A stretch of DNA of 64,000 nt, taken from NCBI GenBank assembly GCA_030141605.1, contig JAQGDQ010000118.1, forward strand, positions 496,001 to 560,000, read 5' to 3'. The translations under genes and the position numbers were made by a program. The notes below the pieces were generated by a model that was not told where the DNA came from, ran no database searches, and was given only the letters and a program-made list of their open reading frames with translations. Numbering within the stretch: position 1 is the first letter of the stretch; each line of letters starts with the position of its first letter. The stretch is from Tubiluchus corallicola. Taxonomy: Eukaryota; Animalia; Priapulida. Positions 26,048 to 36,940 of this stretch are shown here, in pieces.

Positions 26048-26866
26048 ATGAACACACGTGTAACAGAAACTTTAGTGGATGTTTCAACATGGCAACATTT
26101 AATAAAAACAATTTTGGGTGCACAATACATGAAACATTCTGATGGTATTATTTTTAATGTCCTTAGCATTTCTTGTGGGCTGAAACCATCATTTTTATTT
26201 GATTATGGTGAACCTGAAGCAGCGCAGTTGAACTTGTTTGTGCATAAACTATATGAGCATAAAGCAACTCTCATATCATTACAAATCCTTGTGGCAGGTC
26301 AGAATTTGTTCATTGCAAATTTACAGAAATTATGTTTATATCTTGAGAAAATTCAAAAGACAGAGGCACACAGTGAGCCCATACTAATAAATGTTTCAGA
26401 ATGTCTCGATCGTCCAAGCTTGGCTGGAAGTGATATCGTTAAGAATACTATTTCGAGCATGACATCAATTTATGATGAAATAAAAGCTGCTCACACTCAG
26501 AATAAGGCAGAAGAACTTCATTTAAAACCATCCCCTAACGTGAATATGTCAACTTTATATGGTCTCCTACTTGGTTTTCCATTTGTTTACTGGTATGACC
26601 AGAATTCGAATTCGAACTGTTTGTCCTTCATACCGCTCTGTGTGTATGAACTACAAGCAAAATTGGACGTTGGACATGTTCGTGGAAGGTTGCCTCTCCA
26701 ATACTGCTTTAGCTCATTCAGTGTACCAGCGGAATTGGAAGATCAGGGCAAAGAAAGCATAAACCAATGGGAAAATGATGCACGAACTGCACTAACATGT
26801 CAATCTTTATTCAGTGATATTATCATAACAAAAACTGTTAAAGTGCTACCACAAGTGGTCTTGTGA
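26048..26866 (+). CDS. C1orf74: UPF0739 / DUF4504 protein, C1orf74 homolog (single exon)
   Basis: Motifs GLKPSFLFDY, NMSTLYGLLLGFPFVYW, FSSFSVP recalled from the C1orf74 family; alternative ATG at 25979. Confidence 0.8.
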   Translation: MNTRVTETLVDVSTWQHLIKTILGAQYMKHSDGIIFNVLSISCGLKPSFLFDYGEPEAAQLNLFVHKLYEHKATLISLQILVAGQNLFIANLQKLCLYLEKIQKTEAHSEPILINVSECLDRPSLAGSDIVKNTISSMTSIYDEIKAAHTQNKAEELHLKPSPNVNMSTLYGLLLGFPFVYWYDQNSNSNCLSFIPLCVYELQAKLDVGHVRGRLPLQYCFSSFSVPAELEDQGKESINQWENDARTALTCQSLFSDIIITKTVKVLPQVVL

Positions 26867-27204
26867 GGTTCTGGTATCAGTACGCTTAATGCATGATTAG
26901 ATGTGTTAAGGAAATGATTTAAAATTTATAAAGAATCGCTAATATTATTTTCATGAATTGTGGTATGATTTTCGTAAAATTCCTTTGCAAAGGATCAGTT
27001 TACATGCTTCTTTCTTGTCAACAGATATTAGCAGTACATGCTAATGCTAGTAGCATTTGCAGCATCTCTGCTCTCACTTGCTAACAATTACTGTACCTCT
27101 GATGTCCAAAACAATTACCACAAACCACATTGTATCGTGACTGTATCTTTTATGTTTGTCTTTACATTAATAATATCAATGTTGTTCCATTAATTTGGAT
27201 AATG

Positions 27205-27736
27205 GTTGGCATCCTTATGCCTCGGAAGACAATGGAGTGTGCGCCAAGAGAGTCAGTTATTGATCACATTGATGGAGCTGCAGCGTCGACTGTGGCTGAG
27301 CAGTCCGATCCTTGAACGTCTCCAGGGCGCACACCTGGGCAAGGTGTATGGAGATCCTGAGTTGCCCAGACAACAAGAACCCCCTCCCTTCCTTGCTGGT
27401 GTAGTCCAAAGGAAAGCGGAGCAATAAGGTTAGCTGTAGGAGCTGCCGGAGTCAGTGAGCATGCTGCACTGGTCCACCTTCAGGGCTCCACTCCTGATTT
27501 GGAATGTTTACTCCTGTACACATGGCCGTTGGGTCACTTGACCTCCTCCGCCCTCTAGCCGATGGCTGCTTGTGCAGCTCCTCCGCCTAGTGTCGAGATG
27601 CAGTGTAGGCATCCCGCAAGCCTACAACACCTCTTATTCCTAGGAGGTCACCCATCCAAGTACTAACCAGGCTCTACGTTGCTTAACTTCGGTGATCAGA
27701 CCAGAACCAGTGTTTTCAACGTGATTTGGTCGTAGT
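27205..27736 (-). mobile_element. 5S rRNA-derived SINE (SINE3), 3' tail not evident
   Basis: 5S-like head ~27618-27736 (-), followed by a GC-rich body shared with the 46 kb copy. Confidence 0.8.
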
Positions 27737-28024
27737 CATAATTTGAATAATAGTAATAACTTAATGGTAGGATACATTCTCTACACATATACCAGGTATT
27801 AATAATTCTAGAGTTTTATAGCTGTCCAGACTTCAGATTGAAATTGGTTGTACGTAAGAGAAAGGTAATTGAACTTACAACAATATACAAAGCAATGCTC
27901 ATTTATTACAAACTTGCTCAGTCTTGAAGAAGTACCTTATCTACTTTAAATGGATTAGGCATTAAACAGCTGCCAAAGTAGAATATCCGAAAAATGCTGC
28001 TACTGAATAATGACAGTATTCATG

Positions 28025-28396
28025 TGTTGCGTTTTGTTTCTCTCGGAAGGCTCAGAAGAGAAAACCAGAAAACACTTTGTCAAATTAAACTAGTTTATTA
28101 AGCGAGAATTCTACAACACAAAAGTATGAAGGAACGCGAAATATTTACACTAAACGTGTAAATCTAGAAAATGTTTAAGTGTATCTGAAAATGCAAGTAT
28201 ACAAGAGAATGTGTAAGTGTTGCGTCCGTGTGAATCTGCGTGTCTCGCTCAGCGGCCTGCTTCGCCTTATATAGGGTGCCGGGGAACATTCCAGATGTTT
28301 CTTTCCAGAACATTCTACAAGATAAGACGATTATTCTAACGGAACATTCTACAATGTTCTATGTAATTCTAATAGATGCCAGCGATCTCCACAACA
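28025..28396 (-). mobile_element. Solo LTR family B
   Basis: Reverse-oriented copy, perfect 5-bp TSD tcatg. Confidence 0.8.
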
Positions 28397-28525
28397 TCAT
28401 GCTTGTCAAAAATTGTAACAAACATGCTCCTGTTGGTCTATTGCATCGAAGTTCATTAATAGTTCGCATTGTATTGTTACTATTTATCGTACATTCTATA
28501 CATAAAATATATCGCTTTAAAATAT

Positions 28526-28885
28526 TGTTGTGGAGATCGCTGGCGTCTATTAGAATTACATGGAACATTGTAGAATGTTCCGTTGGAATGATCGTCTTAC
28601 CGTGTGGAATGTTCTAAAAAAAACTTCTGGAAGCTTCTTGGGCACGCTATATAAGGCGATGCAGGCCGCTGAGACAGGAGCACACGGACGACACTTACAC
28701 ATTGTCTTGTATACTTGTATTTTCAGATACACTGAAACGTTTTCCAGATTTTCACGTTTAGTGTAAACATTTCGTGTTCCTTCATACTTTTGTGTTGTAG
28801 AATTCTTGCTTAATAACCTAGTTTAATTTGACGAAGCATTTTCTGGTTTTGTCTACAAGTCTTCCGAGAGAAACAAAACACAACA
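28526..28885 (+). mobile_element. Solo LTR family B
   Basis: tgttgtgg...cacaaca; TSD aatat/aatac. Confidence 0.8.
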
Positions 28886-30082
28886 AATACATATACATAA
28901 AATATATAAAGTATATTGCTTTAATACAGAAATTTATTTATTTTATTGCTCTGAAACTGAAAGGTTTAAATTACATTAATGAATCACATGAAACGAAATC
29001 AAATTTTTTTTATTGTAAAATAATTATTTTGTTTCTCATGCAAATAATGCCTAGAAAATTGCAATGATATTTTCCTAAAGTTTTGTGATTTTTTTGTTGA
29101 TCAAAATTTTTGCAGCAATCACAGGAAAATGTCAATGAAAAAACACAATGCCGTATCTAAGTGCACAATGTGACAAATTGCAGGGGTGTCGCGGGAGAAT
29201 CTCCGAGAATGGAGCTCAGATAGACTTAAATGAGACATGTTGATTACTTTTTGCTGGACAAGCTTAGTAAATAAAAAGGCCTGTCTATACCTGTAACAAA
29301 AAGACATTGGTGTTTTACAAAAATATTTACAAATGAAAAGATGCCATTATGGAACTTAACTATATTCCAGTTCAAGTGGTTTACCTCAATAAGCCTTTTC
29401 ACAGTTCCAGCGATTGATGATGCTCGTGAAATGTCAAATGTTAAATGTACGAGACAATGCATTTGTGTACATTTGACAACGCCTTGCTACCCATGCTATT
29501 GTAATAGTAATAGCATTAACAGCTAGCTAGAACCTTACGTAGTCCATTAAATCTTGTTCCCAAGCAAGATCCTGCTAGTAAATCACTCTAAGCACAGACT
29601 TATGCATAACTAAGTAAAGTCCACATAAAACAACTGAACTGAGTGGCAGACTACTTTCTTTACCCACACGTCACGTGACGGTTGTAGTTAAGACGCATTG
29701 TTGTGGTACACTTAATCTTTGACCTACAGTACACCATGAAACTGTTATAAACACCTGGAACATTTATATGAAACTGCAATAAATATTAACAGAATAATAA
29801 CAGTACATACATATAGAAAAAAATAAGCCGACAAAACAAGGAGATGCCAATACGCTTTAGATGTTTCAAATAGTGACTACAAGTGTTATGTAAAGCATGT
29901 GCAATATTATCAACCTCTTTTACTGGCACTTAGAAAGCAGCAGATTATCTGGAACTTCAAATAAGCTCATATTAGAACTTAAAAGATCTAATAACTAGGC
30001 TCTTTTGAATATGTAGCCATATAGGGTCTAAATATTTTTGCAAAGCCAACCGTGAATGCATGTATGAATTGTGATGTTAATA

Positions 30083-30450
30083 CAGTCGACCCTCGTTAAA
30101 CCGGACCCCGTTAGCCCGGATATCGGATAAGACGGATGTCATCCGTGGTAAAGGAAACTGACCGATTTCCGACCGAATCGGAGCGCTAAACACAACACGG
30201 TCTACCACCTCACCACGATATACGTATACTGTACTTTTTTATTATTTAAACTGTACAATAATTTCTTTATCCTCACAGGTTAACTATTTTAAAATAATAT
30301 ACAGTATAGTATATAGTGCAATGTATATAGGCCTTATTAAGGTGATTATTCCTGTATAATATAGACCATATATAGGCATATCGGATAAATCGGACAATCG
30401 GCTAAACCGGACCCCCCCCCCAATTAGTCCGGTTTAACGAGGGTTGACTG
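30083..30450. mobile_element. pogo/Tigger-like MITE family D
   Basis: TA|cagtcgaccctcgttaaaccgga ... tccggtttaacgagggttgactg|TA. Confidence 0.85.
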
Positions 30451-30507
30451 TATATTCAACATAAACCCAAACAAAACTGATGAAAATAGGTTTGGGTGCT
30501 TTATGTA

Positions 30508-31013
30508 CAGGGTGCATAAGATTATGGATATGTATAAAATAAATAAAATAGCTTATTTTATGGATTTTTGAAATTTTATTTTATGGATATCAATAAAATA
30601 AGAAGTAGACTATATCTGGAATGAGATGCCCAGGGGGAAATCAATTAAAAAGTAAAAACAGGAGTGCTTGAAATGTGTTTTTAAACACGCAGGACTTAGT
30701 TTTAATTTTATCGGTTTAGTTTTAATTTATCGGTTTCATACCACTTCAAGTTTAATCAAATTTTACGAGACAATGCCTTGTAATTCATCACTTCAGTTCA
30801 AATAATTCATCTATTTGGTACGAATGTAGAATGCCCTCTAGGCTGAAGTTTCCGATCCAATGCCTGTATTCAGTTTTGATTGCCTTATTTTGTACAAAAA
30901 ATACAAAAAAATGTTTTTTTATGTTATGCATTTCTTATTTTATGGATGTTTCAAATTTTATTTTATGGATTTTTGGTCTTATTTTATGGATATCCATAAT
31001 CTTATGCAGCCTG
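30508..31013. mobile_element. hAT-type MITE family F, just 3' of ZF-7
   Basis: TIRs cagggtgcataagattatggata / tatccataatcttatgcagcctg; TSD tttatgta/tttatgca; near-identical copy at 51008. Confidence 0.85.
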
Positions 31014-31069
31014 TTTATGCATGACACTTGAACATAATATAAGAAGTGCATTAAAACAAAATCCTTTTA

Positions 31070-32020
31070 TCAAGAGGAATGGAATCTGTTGTTGTGCATT
31101 TTTAACTGCCATCCGTAGCGAAAAGGTTTAGGACAAATTTCGCACAAATACGGTTTTTCGTCGGTGTGTATTCTTTCATGACGTCTGACACGATACATCG
31201 TAGGATAAACCTTGTCACACCACTTACAAGCAAAACCTGTCACAACACGCCTGGAAGAGTCATCGTTGCCGCCAGAGACAGCTGGGGATGCTCTTTGCAT
31301 AGCACTAGAAGAAAAAGGCTTACCAAATGATTTTACGCTTGCTCCTCTTCTGGACATGGTGTATCCAAATGGCCCACGATGTCCGGCTGACATTTTTTGT
31401 GATATACTTGAGGACGCTACATTAGCATGTTTTAATCTTTGCGAATCGGCAACGAGCCTAGGTCGTCCTCTTTTAGCCGACTGACGTACAATGTTACTAT
31501 TAAATTCTGCGTGGCTATTGCCACCTCCAAACCTCGGAATTGGAGCTTGCAACATGCAGTTTGTAAAAGGGTCATCGGAAGCGAAAACAGGAAAGCTATT
31601 GTCCGGTACGAGTTCAGCAGATGGTTCGCCAGCACGGGATACCGTATCACCGGTCAAGTTTTCAATAATGATTTCCAAATCACTGTCCTCAGCAGACGGA
31701 ATTGTCGGTTCTGTTTTAACCACGACTGACTCTTGTTGGTCAGACTCAGCACTCGGTACACAACCATTATTTACACTTGCTTCGTCATCACAGGTAGATG
31801 GTTCGTCTACATGAGCTCTAAACACACTGGAAGTGAGTTCGCTCTTTATGGGGATACTTGCAATCTCCGAATCGATGTCAGTATTAAAATTTGGATTATG
31901 CCCTTCGCTAATCAGTATTTGACAGTGCCAGGTGCGCGTGTGGGCAAGGAATACTTCTTCCGCCATAAAACACTGGCAGCATGCTGTGCACTTGAAGTAG
32001 ATTAAAATGTCTGATTCCAT
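31070..32020 (-). CDS. C2H2 zinc-finger protein ZF-7
   Basis: 316 aa, same architecture, KRGRPR AT-hook/NLS-like motif; acceptor attatttatag, exon starts 32046. Confidence 0.92.
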   Translation of the reverse strand: MESDILIYFKCTACCQCFMAEEVFLAHTRTWHCQILISEGHNPNFNTDIDSEIASIPIKSELTSSVFRAHVDEPSTCDDEASVNNGCVPSAESDQQESVVVKTEPTIPSAEDSDLEIIIENLTGDTVSRAGEPSAELVPDNSFPVFASDDPFTNCMLQAPIPRFGGGNSHAEFNSNIVRQSAKRGRPRLVADSQRLKHANVASSSISQKMSAGHRGPFGYTMSRRGASVKSFGKPFSSSAMQRASPAVSGGNDDSSRRVVTGFACKWCDKVYPTMYRVRRHERIHTDEKPYLCEICPKPFRYGWQLKMHNNRFHSS

Positions 32021-32082
32021 AGTATTTGTAAGACAAGCGATGAAACCTATAAATAATGCAATAAATGTTCTAAAGTCAACAA

Positions 32083-32084
<2 letters not shown>

Positions 32085-32132
<48 letters not shown>
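32085..32132. repeat. (TA)n microsatellite
   Basis: Pure TA run just upstream of the ZF-7 acceptor. Confidence 0.95.
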
Positions 32133-32134
<2 letters not shown>

Positions 32135-32781
32135 TTGTATACTATACACACACACGCACACGCATAAGTCTCTTACTTTACAAACAGTTGAATTTAGTGA
32201 ATAAATATACAGATACACAACAAAGCAAAAAAGATCAAAACAAAAAATTCCAATTTCTTATCAATTGATATTATCATTTGCATACGAAATCTAGTGCACT
32301 GGATGCGATGATTTATACAAAAGACATATATAAAAAGTATATAATATTCACAACATTATATAGTTGTGTTTTAGCCATATTTTTCAAACATTGCACCACT
32401 GAAACATAGTCTATAAACTTTTTCAGGGCTTTTCTGTCTGCCATTTTCGTACTCGCAAACTATTTTTATAGACACGTACATTCATTAACTACTCTGTTAC
32501 TGTGTCAACTACAGTAGAACCTGTGTCAATAAGAACCACAGTTTGCAACACTGTAGCTTGCAATTGTGTGCATTGTGTAATGTGAGAAAAACGAAGAAAA
32601 TTGCAAGAATTCAGTTTGTTTGTGCTAAAACACTGCCTTTTGGTCACATGTTACACATACATTATGTTCTCGATTAACTGAATTACTGTTCAATAACCGA
32701 CTATATCGATTTATACATGATTGTAGTCTCAATTAATTCAATTAATCTATTAATTGCCCATCAGCAATAATTTTTCCACTA

Positions 32782-32970
32782 CACAGAACACTTGTTTGTC
32801 CACATATTGAATATGTCATGCAGGTATAGGACCCTTACTATCTCAGAGATATTTGTGCTCTAGAACAAGTACAAGCATGAACTGTTGACATGATCGTAGG
32901 TCTTAAAGGACTTACATATTCTCAGAAACTAGAAAAATTAGATCTGTATCGGCTTTTTATTAGAAGACGT
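32782..32970 (+). mobile_element. CR1-clade LINE ORF2 fragment (decayed)
   Basis: Reads RTLVCPHIEYVMQV*DPYYLRDICALEQVQA*..GLKGLTYSQKLEKLDLY..RRR, matching the CR1 post-RT pattern (LVRPHLEY..VW.PY...DI..LE.VQ). Confidence 0.7.
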
Positions 32971-35616
32971 ATGGGAACTCCGTGAAAGGAACCTCCTGTT
33001 CTAATACCTGTAGGTATAACAGGAGGAGAGTAAACCAGTGACGCACATCAGGACAAGGTTCCTGTTGGGTTGTTTCATCATACTTGAGATGGGAACAAAT
33101 AGCACAAATCAGAGTTTACTCACCATGAGGGCGTTAAGAAAGTCTGTGTGGTACCGATAGCATAAAAATGTGCAGGCTTTGCATTAAAACAGGCAAGAAA
33201 ACACTTTGAAATGAAGGCTACAGACAACTTCCTTTAAAATAAAAATATGAAAATAATAATTGCATATAACTGACATTCGCTACCTCATTAACTTGCGGTA
33301 GAACATCATAAAATGCCCTAAGTTTGATTGTAAGCTTTCTCGCCATACTATAGTATTATAGTATTATACTATAGTATTAGTATTAGTTACAACTATCCTC
33401 TAGGTGGCACTTCCACTTAACAGACAACTTTAGAGAGAAAACTAAATGTAAAACGCGTGAGAGAAAACGCGTGTTAAAACAAGTAATAGAGGGTTAATAA
33501 GAGAGACAATTACGGGCAAAAAGCCTATTTATACAGTTATAGGCTTCACCATGTAGATCTACAGTAATCCACGTAATTCAACAGTAAAACTCTGTTGAAA
33601 TGTCGAGTATTCGAACACACAGAAACACCGCTATCAGTTCCTTCTTAGTTTTTTATATATTAACAGTTTATTATTTTTAAGGCCACATCTAAACAGATAT
33701 TCTTGATATTTAACTTTACTTAACAAGTACGATGCTTAATCGTGACGTTTTATTACTAGTACGACACACTGGCAAGAGTGGAAGCTGCAACAGTTTCAAT
33801 ACTCACTATTTTTCAAAAGTACAAAAAACTTTTCGTAACTTGTATTTACACACAAAATGTTCTTTAATTATTTTGTTTTAATAAAACTGAGTAAAGCTAC
33901 ACAGGCACAATGAGAAATCTTTCAGGAAGGGACTTGAAACAAAGTGCAAAAATTTATAACTGTGACTGCCACCCGGAAAAGCGTTCCGTGAAGCTGGGAA
34001 TTTGTAGAGACGTTGACGAAACGAAACGAAACCTCTTCCTGTTGTGAATTTCAGCGCTCAGAGTTGTTTACAGACATGGAAGTTTATTTTCTCCAATAAT
34101 GTGTCACAAACTCCATTTTGCAAAAAAAGCTTACTTTGTACAAGGAGATTGGGTGAGGAAAGACCGTCGGCCATTTAGTCACTCATTCCATAATAATTTA
34201 ACATTGTAATATCCGAAAAAAGATGACACTGGCTGCAGCTTTAGTTAGTTTCTTAAAGGGAATAATAAAAACAAAACAATAAACAAAAGAAAAAATATAA
34301 AACAAACACAACAAAAATATAATAATAAAAATTTCGGCAATTAATGTCAATGTGAAAAAGGCTAAAATGCGAATCACTGAAACTTGGCAACAGGATTACG
34401 AATTGTTATTGTAAATATTTCTTTGCTCAGTTGCTCACTAGAGGCATTTGGCATTAATTGCAGCTGTTGAGCAACTGCAGACTTACCAAGACAATACATG
34501 TCATTATTTTATAGTTACAACAAACGAAGCGAAACTACACCAAGAGACACCAGGAGGGATCTGACCAAGATACGGGTTTTAACTAATTTTCCAAATGGAT
34601 GATAAGTTATTAAGTTTCTAGTGGCAAAGAAATATATCTGACCAATAATTCTTGTCAGTGGGTAAGAACGTTAAATTCAAATACCATTCCGGCTTTGAGT
34701 TTAAATTACACAACAGGTGATCTTTAAAGGACAACAAAAGGGATACATAAAGTAGGTTTCAGAAAAATTGCCTTAAAATTATATTACGTTACAGCAATTA
34801 ATTTTATGCATACATCTTCCTCGCATTAAGAGGAATTTTTATTTGTTTTCATTTTAAATCCCCGTAATACTATACGTTCTGACGGCGCCATTGCATGACG
34901 TCGATCACCTACGCAAACGTAAATCAGGGGAAGAAAAGGCAATGTTAAATTATGTTTTAAAAAGCTTTCTATGCAAATGTATATTACCTAGCATTTCGCT
35001 TACTTTCTGGAAAGACTCAAGTAACTAGAAATAATAATTTCAAATGTCGGAACCAAAACGTGTTTTTATCTTATTGACAAAATACAGTGATTTGAAATTT
35101 TATTTAGTATCATCTGTGCTACGAATACTCTGATTATTTTTTCAAACTTCACGCGCAGTGCTATCCAAACTTGTTTCTAAGGACCTACCATTAAACTGGC
35201 TGCGCCTAATGGTCGTCGACGCAAGCCCTACATGAAAAAAGGCAGTATGCAAGTGGTATGGAATTTCAAGACGAATTTTTAAGCTTATTGTAAGTGGAGG
35301 GTTTTCTTGTGCTTTAAGTAATTTTTTAAAACTATAGAAATTTGCTACACGTGTCGTGATTCCATAATTTTAATCGAGGAAATGCAATGAAAGTGCAGCT
35401 GTAGTAATTCTGCAGAAATAAACATTAAATTCATTCAATCTGTTATCAAACAGTTCACATTGAATTTTAAAGATTAATAAAAATTTTAGAATTTGTACGT
35501 AAACAAATAGATGATGTATTTAGTTATGTCTTTAACTGGGAGTATTTTAACATTTTGAAATGAAAGCAGGAAACTCTGCTGATAGATATATGGACAGTAT
35601 TAAATAATCATAACTC

Positions 35617-35814
<198 letters not shown>

Positions 35815-36489
35815 TTATTTCACTCCAGCAATACATACACAATACAACAACATACAATATTATTGAAACAAAAAAAAACAGTATAGGTAAAAAAACGTTG
35901 ATGAAGTCAAATTAACCAAATAAAAGAGTTGCTGTATGACACCTTGAAAGCTCGGCTTGTTAAGGTGGCACAAATGAGTGAATGAAAGAATGGATTGGGT
36001 CAGAAGAAATGATGGAATGGAAAAAATAGTAAGATTACGGATAGGAAGAAGAAAGGGAGGGGAGGATGAGTGAATGAAAAAATGGTTAGGGTTAGTAGAC
36101 ATGATGGAATGGAAAAAATAGTAAGATTAAGGATAGGATTAAGGAAAAGAGTAGAAGAAACGACCACAGTGTATGTTTAATTTACATAGCGGTATATTAA
36201 AATAGCATTATAATTGATTGGAGGCCATATATTGCGACTGCATGACTCTTAACAACAAAGCCTGCGAAACTACACCAAAGCAACTGCGGACCGGCGTTAC
36301 AGCAGCTGGCAGCAAACAATAGAACGTGTACAATATGTGTTGATATATACCCATTACTGCAATCGGCCAGCCACTCTAAAATAGAAATAGAAAAAGTAAA
36401 TAATTATCCATATATAACTCAGCCTGTGATTATTCTGTTTTATTTATAAAAATATTATAAAAACCATACCATACCATACCAATATATAC

Positions 36490-36940
36490 GTATACGGCAC
36501 ACGTTATAGACTTAACTCTCACTACATACAGTGCAACACTAATGTCAGAAAATTTTCTATTAAATACAATGGCCCTTACATATGGAATTCAATTGCTCCA
36601 GCTATTAAAAATGCCAACTCGCTGTCCATATTTAAAAAAAATTATAAATGAAACTTACTTGAAACATATAACTGATCACTCAATCATGATTTGTTGTTTT
36701 TCATTTTCAAAAACTTGAATTTGAATTTATATTTGTATATATTGTAATATTGTATCTGTATATATTGTAATTTTTTCGTAACTAATTCTAGTGGCCTACC
36801 ATAAGCTAGCTTCTTAGGTCTCTAGCGCAGAATTCATGAATTGTATCATAATTTTGTATTAACAAAAACTTATTATCGATGCACACGTAATGTATGTATA
36901 TGTTTATTGCGAAATAAATCTATTAAATCTAATCTAATCT
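36490..36940 (+). mobile_element. L2/CR1-group LINE 3' end
   Basis: YGTR..NTNVRKFSIKYNGPYIWNSIAPAIKNANSLSIFKK, then UTR ending aataaa + (tctaa)n. Confidence 0.7.

Noticed and set aside
8204-32046. Cassettes as coding 3' exons fused to a common upstream BTB-type domain, exactly as in lola or mod(mdg4)
   Set aside because: Leader lengths (23, 41, 41, 42, 46, 49, 26 nt) give inconsistent phases; ZF-2, -3, -4 and -5 have in-frame stops after the acceptor; no BTB exon is visible
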